Positions 61,675-64,000 of a stretch of 64,000 nucleotides of DNA are shown here, piece by piece. Origin of the DNA: Halocafeteria seosinensis (taxonomy: Eukaryota); NCBI GenBank assembly GCA_001687465.1, contig LVLI01000314.1, positions 62,001 to 126,000 on the forward strand, read 5' to 3'. The notes under the pieces are model-generated. The model searched no databases and was not told the DNA's origin. It was given only the letters and a program-made list of their open reading frames with translations. The first letter of the stretch is position 1, and each line of letters begins with the position of its first letter. Made by a program: the position numbers and the translations under genes.

Positions 61675-64000
61675 ATGATACTCGTTCTCCGAAAGTGGAT
61701 CCCCACCACTGTTGTGGTGGCGGTATGCTGCTGTGGATGTTACATGCTGATGATGGTAAGAACTGCCAATGCCACAGCGACTTCACTCTCAGCTAAAACG
61801 ACTCAAAACCAGAAACATAGCCATGACGAGCAACCTACGGCACCTCACTCTGAGGAGCGAGTTGCATCAGTAAGAGAAGAAACCGATGCATCCAGTACCT
61901 CAGGCGCTCATCGAAGTAGCAGTCGGAGCAACTTGGATAAACAGCATCAAACAACACATCTTCAAAAGGAAGCGTCCAGTTCTTCCCCAATGGGGGACCA
62001 ACTCCATGACGGTGAAGTCCCGCCAGAATTTTGGCAGTCAACTTTTGCTCAACTCATGGAGGCTATGCATTTGCATTATGACGGCTCCGAGACCGAACAA
62101 AGGAAACGGAAACGACCACGGACGGCTGCTAGTCAGTTGTTTACGGAGCAACAAGTTCAACAGGATCCTGCTGTACTCGCGAGGAACCTTGAACTAAAGG
62201 TGAGAGAGAGAGAGAGAGAGAGAGAAGATCCATAGCACTTGACGAACAATTTGCATGCATGCTGTTTTCCTCGAATATGCCGCAGGAAGATGAATCGTTG
62301 TCGATCAGAATCCAGTTGAACATTGGAACACTCCTATCCATCGCAGTCCTACTTGCACTTTCTTTCCTCGGAGGAGTTTATGTTATCAAACTGTGCACGA
62401 AACCACGGTGTAATTGTCCTTTATGTGATGGGGAATACGAAGTAGTCAAGCGTCTAGGGTAAGTGCTGTTCATCTTCTTCACCCCCCCTTGCCGATCTGG
62501 GGAGTACATTCGTGGGGTTTCAACATTCAGAACGGGCGGATTTGGCACTGTATTCAAAGTGAAAGTAGCTCAACAAGAATTCGCGCCCTCGGGAGCAAGA
62601 GCTGACTCCGCCAAAGCTTCTTTCGGGTCGTCGGACTTTGACGAAGAAACTACGTTTGGCTCGTCGACGAACGCAGACAGAGGTAGCTCAACCAGAAGAG
62701 ACGAAGAATATGTTCTGAAGCAAATTCCGGTAACTGATTTCAACGATGCGTCGATAGCTCAAGCTGAGGCGAGAGAGTTGCGCGCCTTGGACCACCCTAG
62801 GATTGTACGATACGAGGACGACTTTCTGCATTTTACGACAGGTACGTGTGATGGGATCCTTGACTCGAAAACCATTGTGCCAGTAGAGTGTTTGAATTAT
62901 CTTCTGACAGAACTCACCGGGAACGAGAAGCAGCTGTATGTTTGCATCGTAATGGAATCCTGCGCGATGGATATGAAAAAGCTGATAGAGCGTGTCCGCA
63001 CAAAGTGTCCGGTGTGGCAGTCGACGAAGCACAAAGATTTCGACAGTTACCTAGAACACCATCACAACTCCTCTTGCTCTATACCAGAGACTGTAGTTTT
63101 GCGCATAATCGGTCAGATTGCTGAAGGACTCCAATACTGCCATGGCAAAGGAATCATTCATCGAGGTAAGCATTTTTGAGAGACCTCGGGTTCGACTCGA
63201 GCTTCTGGAATCATTCCAAGGGACACCGTTTCTGCTTCTCAGATGTAAAAAGTCAAAATGCTTTCTTGACACCATTTGGTGGCATACGATTGGGAGATTT
63301 TGGACTCGCCAGGCAAGTCCGCAGCCCTTTCACAGTGTTTACAGATGCCGGTACAGACTGCTGTATGTAGTGTTTGCACTTCTCCAGAGTCCGAATGTGT
63401 ACTTATGGATGTTCTTGCCTTGGTTGCAGACAAAGCACCTGAGATGCTTCTTGGAGGCAAGAGGGATGGCAGAGCAGCTGATATTTGGGCACTTGGACTT
63501 GTCATTTTCGAAATTGTTACTCTTTCCTTTGTTTGGGAGCGACAACCCTCGGGCATTGCAGGAGATGTTCTCAGTACGCGTTACCAACAAAACTGATTGA
63601 CTTCCATTCATGATTCAGACTGTACTGCGATCTTGATCTTGCAGATAGGGGCGATAAGGCTGTCCAGGAGTTCCTGTCTCCCGTGTCTCCCAGCTACTCT
63701 CCAGTTATACGAAAGCTGATGAGAAAGTGCCTCGCAAGTGACCCAAAGAAGCGTCCGAGTCCCAAAGATGTACGGTTCTGTATAGCAAACGATTGATATA
63801 ACACGTAAACAGACTCCCTTTCTTCCAGATACTGAGACTACGAGCTATCCGGAAAGCAATGTCATTGTCTGCCGGAAACCGACAAGGAAGGCGACCTTCC
63901 GTGGATTCACAACCTAGTCAAACTCAACAAGAGGGAACATCGCGTAGGTGGAATGCTATTGTTGTTATCTCTGTTCTTCTTGATTTTTGCATGGTTTGCA
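61675..64000 (+). CDS. Single-pass membrane Ser/Thr kinase with a NEK/NIMA-like catalytic domain (3' end outside the window)
   Basis: Hydrophobic N-terminus, then intron 62200-62285, TM helix IGTLLSIAVLLALSFLGGVYVI and CNCPLC. Kinase motifs: YEVVKRLG|TGGFGTV, YVLKQI, EARELRALDHPRIVRY, IVMESC, HR|DVKSQN, LGDFGLAR, GTDC|YKAPE, DIWALG, DPKKRPS. Confidence 0.88.
62202..62225 (+). repeat. (GA)12 microsatellite at the 5' end of the kinase intron
   Basis: A run of gagaga... begins immediately after the GT donor at 62200. Confidence 0.9.

Overview
This is gene-dense eukaryotic nuclear DNA: standard genetic code, short GT-AG spliceosomal introns of mostly 60-100 nt, and many head-to-head and tail-to-tail gene pairs. 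IFT52 and an axonemal dynein indicate a flagellated organism. The gene mix suggests a heterotrophic protist, possibly a stramenopile, but that is inference only. I reconstructed about 22 genes by splicing exons by hand. Recognisable genes: RBBP5/SWD1, IFT52, mitochondrial ATP synthase subunit d, ethanolamine-phosphate cytidylyltransferase, COX16, an SFSWAP-like splicing factor, a ~2070-aa helical-repeat/RAP protein, UBA5, an SPFH/band-7 protein, UTP25, a highly divergent outer-arm-type dynein heavy chain, POLE2, a WS/DGAT acyltransferase, two Zn(II)2Cys6 transcription factors (one with a PAS domain) and a single-pass membrane NEK-like kinase. Several others are orphans. The most striking feature, almost invisible in the ORF track, is a secreted LRR gene (55.5-57.7 kb, minus strand) in which each LRR sits on its own symmetric phase-2 exon, mostly exactly 72 nt. 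This architecture is permissive for exon shuffling or combinatorial splicing. Also notable is an unannotated ~200-nt intergenic segment (12264-12465) with nested helices whose G-U pairs fit the plus strand, a candidate structured ncRNA. I found no supportable CRISPR array, rRNA, tRNA or transposase.
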